IMG/VR virus record: IMGVR_UViG_3300012942_000114
Coordinates: 1 to 28,213 of that record
Length of the DNA stretch: 28,213 bases
Source of the DNA: a virus
Lineage: Duplodnaviria > Caudoviricetes
Strand: one strand, 5' to 3'
The position numbers were made by a program, and so were the translations under genes. Shown one piece after another: positions 25,642-28,213 of this stretch (the first letter of the stretch is position 1; each line of letters starts with the position of its first letter). Below the pieces are notes generated by a model, which saw only the letters and a program-made list of their open reading frames with translations, did no database searches and was not told the origin of the DNA.

Positions 25642-25818
25642 CTAGCCCGGCACCTTCCACTCCCACTGCGCCTCCCGCACTGTGCGGGTCAGCTTCTCCA
25701 ACGCCGCAACGAGACACCGATTCTTCGCCCGGTAGGCGTCGAGCCACGGCTGCCCGAACCCTTCGGTGTCGTGCGCCTTCAGCACGGGCAGGATCGCCTC
25801 GAACTGCTCCCGGTTCAT
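25642..25818 (-). CDS. W-helix family variant (Phe)
   Basis: MNREQFEAILPVLKAHD; ATGA overlap. Confidence 0.68.
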   Translation of the reverse strand: MNREQFEAILPVLKAHDTEGFGQPWLDAYRAKNRCLVAALEKLTRTVREAQWEWKVPG

Positions 25819-26030
25819 GTGACCGACTCCAGAAGCCGCAACCGCCACCCGATCTGACCCAACCAGAACGCGTGATCACCCGGGCGACAGTTCAAGTCCC
25901 AGTCGTACGCCATCAGCGTCGTCAGCAGCAGCTTCCAGCAGAACTGGACCTTCAGCCGTCCAGCGCCGACCGTGGCATCCGGTCCAGCCGGTAGATCATT
26001 CCGTTCGGTAGATGCGCCCACTTCCTGCAC
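25815..26030 (-). CDS. W-helix family small protein (start uncertain)
   Basis: ...VQFCWKLLLTTLMAYD; no good start codon near the motif. Confidence 0.45.
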   Translation of the reverse strand: MQEVGASTERNDLPAGPDATVGAGRLKVQFCWKLLLTTLMAYDWDLNCRPGDHAFWLGQIGWRLRLLESVT

Positions 26031-26128
26031 TCCCTCCAGCCAGACTCGGTCACCCTGGCGTACTCGACGATGTCCACGTTGTGCTCGATCAGCGGCTCAA
26101 TGATCCGCAGCCAGTCCCCGCGGGTCAC
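25952..26128 (-). CDS. W-helix family small protein
   Basis: VTRGDWLRIIEPLIEHN; GTGA overlap, GGGAGG RBS. Confidence 0.7.
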   Translation of the reverse strand: MTRGDWLRIIEPLIEHNVDIVEYARVTESGWRECRKWAHLPNGMIYRLDRMPRSALDG

Positions 26129-26334
26129 AGCCCCTCCCCGTGCGCGAACCGGCGGTGCATCCGCCAGCCGTACGGCCCGTCCAGCAACTGGGTCTTCGAC
26201 CAGTCCACGGCCACCCAGTCGCAGTCCGGGCAGATAATCCGTAGCCACCGAGGCTTGTGCCCCGGGTAGTTCGGCTCGATCCACACCGGAACACCGGCGC
26301 CCCGCAGCACGGCGACAATGCCGGCCCAGTTCAC
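26125..26334 (-). CDS. W-helix family protein with C2H2-like motif
   Basis: VNWAGIVAVLRG...CPDC...H-x-x-x-x-H. Confidence 0.7.
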   Translation of the reverse strand: MNWAGIVAVLRGAGVPVWIEPNYPGHKPRWLRIICPDCDWVAVDWSKTQLLDGPYGWRMHRRFAHGEGL

Positions 26335-26594
26335 GACGCCGCCGCCCACCGCCACCGCAGCCTCGCCGCAGAAAACGCCTCAGGATGCTTCTCCGCCAGG
26401 TGCCCGTTCATCGCCGGGCCGAACTCGGCCGCGTCCTCCGGATGCCCCACGCAGCCCTCGGTGCATCCCCGTACCGGGCAGCGCATCTGGATCTGCGGCA
26501 AGTTGAAGAACTTGGCCAGCGGGCTGAACTTCTCCGTCGAAGGCACCGGCATCGGGTAGCCCCACAACACCGCCACGATCGCGTTCCAGTTCAC
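26331..26594 (-). CDS. W-helix family protein with C2H2-like motif
   Basis: VNWNAIVAVLWGYP...CPVRGC...HLAEKH. Confidence 0.7.
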   Translation of the reverse strand: MNWNAIVAVLWGYPMPVPSTEKFSPLAKFFNLPQIQMRCPVRGCTEGCVGHPEDAAEFGPAMNGHLAEKHPEAFSAARLRWRWAAAS

Positions 26595-26896
26595 GACGCC
26601 CACCTGCCCAGCAGCCGGTGCGGATACAGCCACCGCCGCCACGTGTGCGACGCCCGGTAATGCCGCCGCATCTCCCTGCGCCACGCGTGCCGCGGCCCCA
26701 CGCCGGCCATGCCGTTCTGGCAGCCGCGGTGCGGGCACTCCATCACCTTCACCTCTTCGACCGGCACCAGCATCAGACCCATCACCATGTTGGCCCGGAT
26801 GTTCGCCGCCGCACCAGGATCCGCCGGGACCGGCACCGGGAAGCCGCGCAGCACGGCCGTGATCTTCGCCCAGTCCGTTACTCGCTCAGCCACCAC
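26591..26896 (-). CDS. W-helix family protein with C2H2-like motif
   Basis: VTDWAKITAVLRGFP...CPHRGC...HYRASH. Confidence 0.7.
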   Translation of the reverse strand: MVAERVTDWAKITAVLRGFPVPVPADPGAAANIRANMVMGLMLVPVEEVKVMECPHRGCQNGMAGVGPRHAWRREMRRHYRASHTWRRWLYPHRLLGRWAS

Positions 26897-27066
26897 TTCG
26901 CTGTCTCCTCATCTACTGGCCGGGCCTTCCGGCCGCGTTCTCCGACCAGCCACTGCATGCTGCCCTGGTCGTACATGACGATCGTCTCGTTCGACGCTTG
27001 GCCGCCCCAGTCGTCGTGCTTCCGCAGCACCTTGAGCAGGTCGCACCACATCGGTCGCCTACTCAT
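26878..27066 (-). CDS. W-helix family small protein
   Basis: MSRRPMWCDLLKVLRKHD. Confidence 0.68.
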   Translation of the reverse strand: MSRRPMWCDLLKVLRKHDDWGGQASNETIVMYDQGSMQWLVGERGRKARPVDEETAKWWLSE

Positions 27067-27169
27067 CGGCGTTCCACCCCAGGTACACGTCGGCGCTCGC
27101 ATTGATGATCATCTCGACGGTCGTGTCGTATTCCTCCAGAACGTCGAGGATCGCGTCCCAGTCAGTCAT
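27059..27169 (-). CDS. W-helix family micro-protein (36 aa; not in ORF track)
   Basis: MTDWDAILDVLEEYDTTVEMIINASADVYLGWNADE*; RBS GGAGGTG. Confidence 0.7.
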   Translation of the reverse strand: MTDWDAILDVLEEYDTTVEMIINASADVYLGWNADE

Positions 27170-27374
27170 CGGTGGTCACCTCCACCGACAGCTCCTTGAT
27201 GCCGCCCCGCATGTTCACCGTGCACCGCACCGGCGTGACGGTCGCAGACCCCGACCGGTTGTACGCCTCCTGCGCCATGTCGTCCACAGCGTGCGCGAAC
27301 TGGGCCACCTCGAACCAGTCCATGCCGTGCTTGAGATCCACAGCCTTGCGCTTCACGATCGTCCTAGTCGTCAT
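27162..27374 (-). CDS. Hypothetical protein
   Basis: 70 aa, coupled to neighbours. Confidence 0.7.
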   Translation of the reverse strand: MTTRTIVKRKAVDLKHGMDWFEVAQFAHAVDDMAQEAYNRSGSATVTPVRCTVNMRGGIKELSVEVTTDD

Positions 27375-27552
27375 CCTCAGTCGCCTTCCGTAGCGCCGGC
27401 CCCGGCAGGGCGAACGAGTCGCCGCCCTCGTTCACCAGGGCCAGCTCGCCGTTGTCGTGGATCTCCTCAACGTGGTACCGAAACGAGGGCCACTCGATGA
27501 ACACCACGTCGTCCCCCGGCCCGTAGTCCAACGGGATCCCAGATCCGATCAT
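27364..27552 (-). CDS. Hypothetical protein (SH3/KOW-like GD-x-V pattern)
   Basis: MIGSGIPLDYGPGDDVVF...; ATGA overlap. Confidence 0.68.
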   Translation of the reverse strand: MIGSGIPLDYGPGDDVVFIEWPSFRYHVEEIHDNGELALVNEGGDSFALPGPALRKATEDDD

Positions 27553-27923
27553 GAGATGTCCACCGTCACCACGAGGCAGCCGGCCGGGATGGCGAAGTTC
27601 CAGCCCTTCTTCAGCCGCATCGGGCAGATCAGCTGCTGCACCTTCACGACCAGCCCGCGGTCGTCGAAGCACACCACTCCGCTGATCTCGCCGGCTGGCA
27701 TGTTCGTCCACTCCATATCGTTCAGGTTGGTGCGGCCATCCTTCGACCACACCAGCTCCCTCGCGTCTACCCGCCGGCCGTCGGTGTACAGCGGCGCCAC
27801 CTTGCAGATCGACGCGTACGCCTCCCGGATCTGCTGCTCCACCCGGGCAAAGAACGGGTCCCCGACATCCCTGTCGAACCGCCACGTCCGCCGGGCCGGC
27901 TTCAACCACCGCAGGAATCTCAC
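27549..27923 (-). CDS. Hypothetical protein
   Basis: GTG 27923 overlapping the upstream TGA, RBS GGAGG. Confidence 0.68.
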   Translation of the reverse strand: MRFLRWLKPARRTWRFDRDVGDPFFARVEQQIREAYASICKVAPLYTDGRRVDARELVWSKDGRTNLNDMEWTNMPAGEISGVVCFDDRGLVVKVQQLICPMRLKKGWNFAIPAGCLVVTVDIS

Positions 27924-28174
27924 GGCTCGTACACCTCCTCGCCGTCCTCCATCGGCACCACCAGCCGCAGCCACAGATCCCGCGCCATCTTCTGCGCACG
28001 GTCCTCCGGGAAGCCGCCCTCCAACAGCCGGGCGTACACGGAGTTGATGCAGTCCGCGTACCCGACCAAGGTGGCCTTCAGCTGATCCATGTCCGACGTC
28101 AGCTGCGGCAACCCGATCCGCTCGAACAGGGACCGCTCGTCCTCCGGCTCCGGGGCGTCATCGTCGTCGTGCAT
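27920..28174 (-). CDS. Hypothetical protein
   Basis: 84 aa; Y-x-x-L-x-x-x-GF-x-x-x-x-A motif. Confidence 0.72.
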   Translation of the reverse strand: MHDDDDAPEPEDERSLFERIGLPQLTSDMDQLKATLVGYADCINSVYARLLEGGFPEDRAQKMARDLWLRLVVPMEDGEEVYEP

Positions 28175-28213
28175 CCGTTTACTCGCAATCGTCCGCGACC
28201 TTGGCGGGCATCA

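Overview
High-GC actinobacteriophage (siphovirus-type) DNA with essentially all real genes on the minus strand. Read in gene direction (right to left), the window has five parts. (1) About 22.1-28.2 kb is a dense run of tiny coupled ORFs around a DnaB-N/AAA_25-type helicase; about 18 of them begin with the same Trp-anchored amphipathic helix. (2) About 18.1-22.0 kb is an early module with a second AAA_25 protein and four copies of an 18-bp palindromic operator. (3) About 17.3-18.0 kb is a striking AT-rich non-coding array of short motifs. (4) About 12.9-17.3 kb holds a probable cos/packaging site, a GGTTCC iteron region, a Zn-finger protein, a degenerate tRNA with a structured RNA, a DnaQ/RNase H-like exonuclease, HNH and a GH18 hydrolase. 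(5) The virion operon runs terS, terL, portal, MuF-like, scaffold, decoration, capsid, head-tail proteins, major tail, -1 frameshifted tail chaperones and tape measure (truncated by the window edge). It also carries an unusual tRNA-Met-like gene and a kissing-loop RNA. No integrase or repressor lies in the window. All calls come from reading the sequence; no database searches were run.
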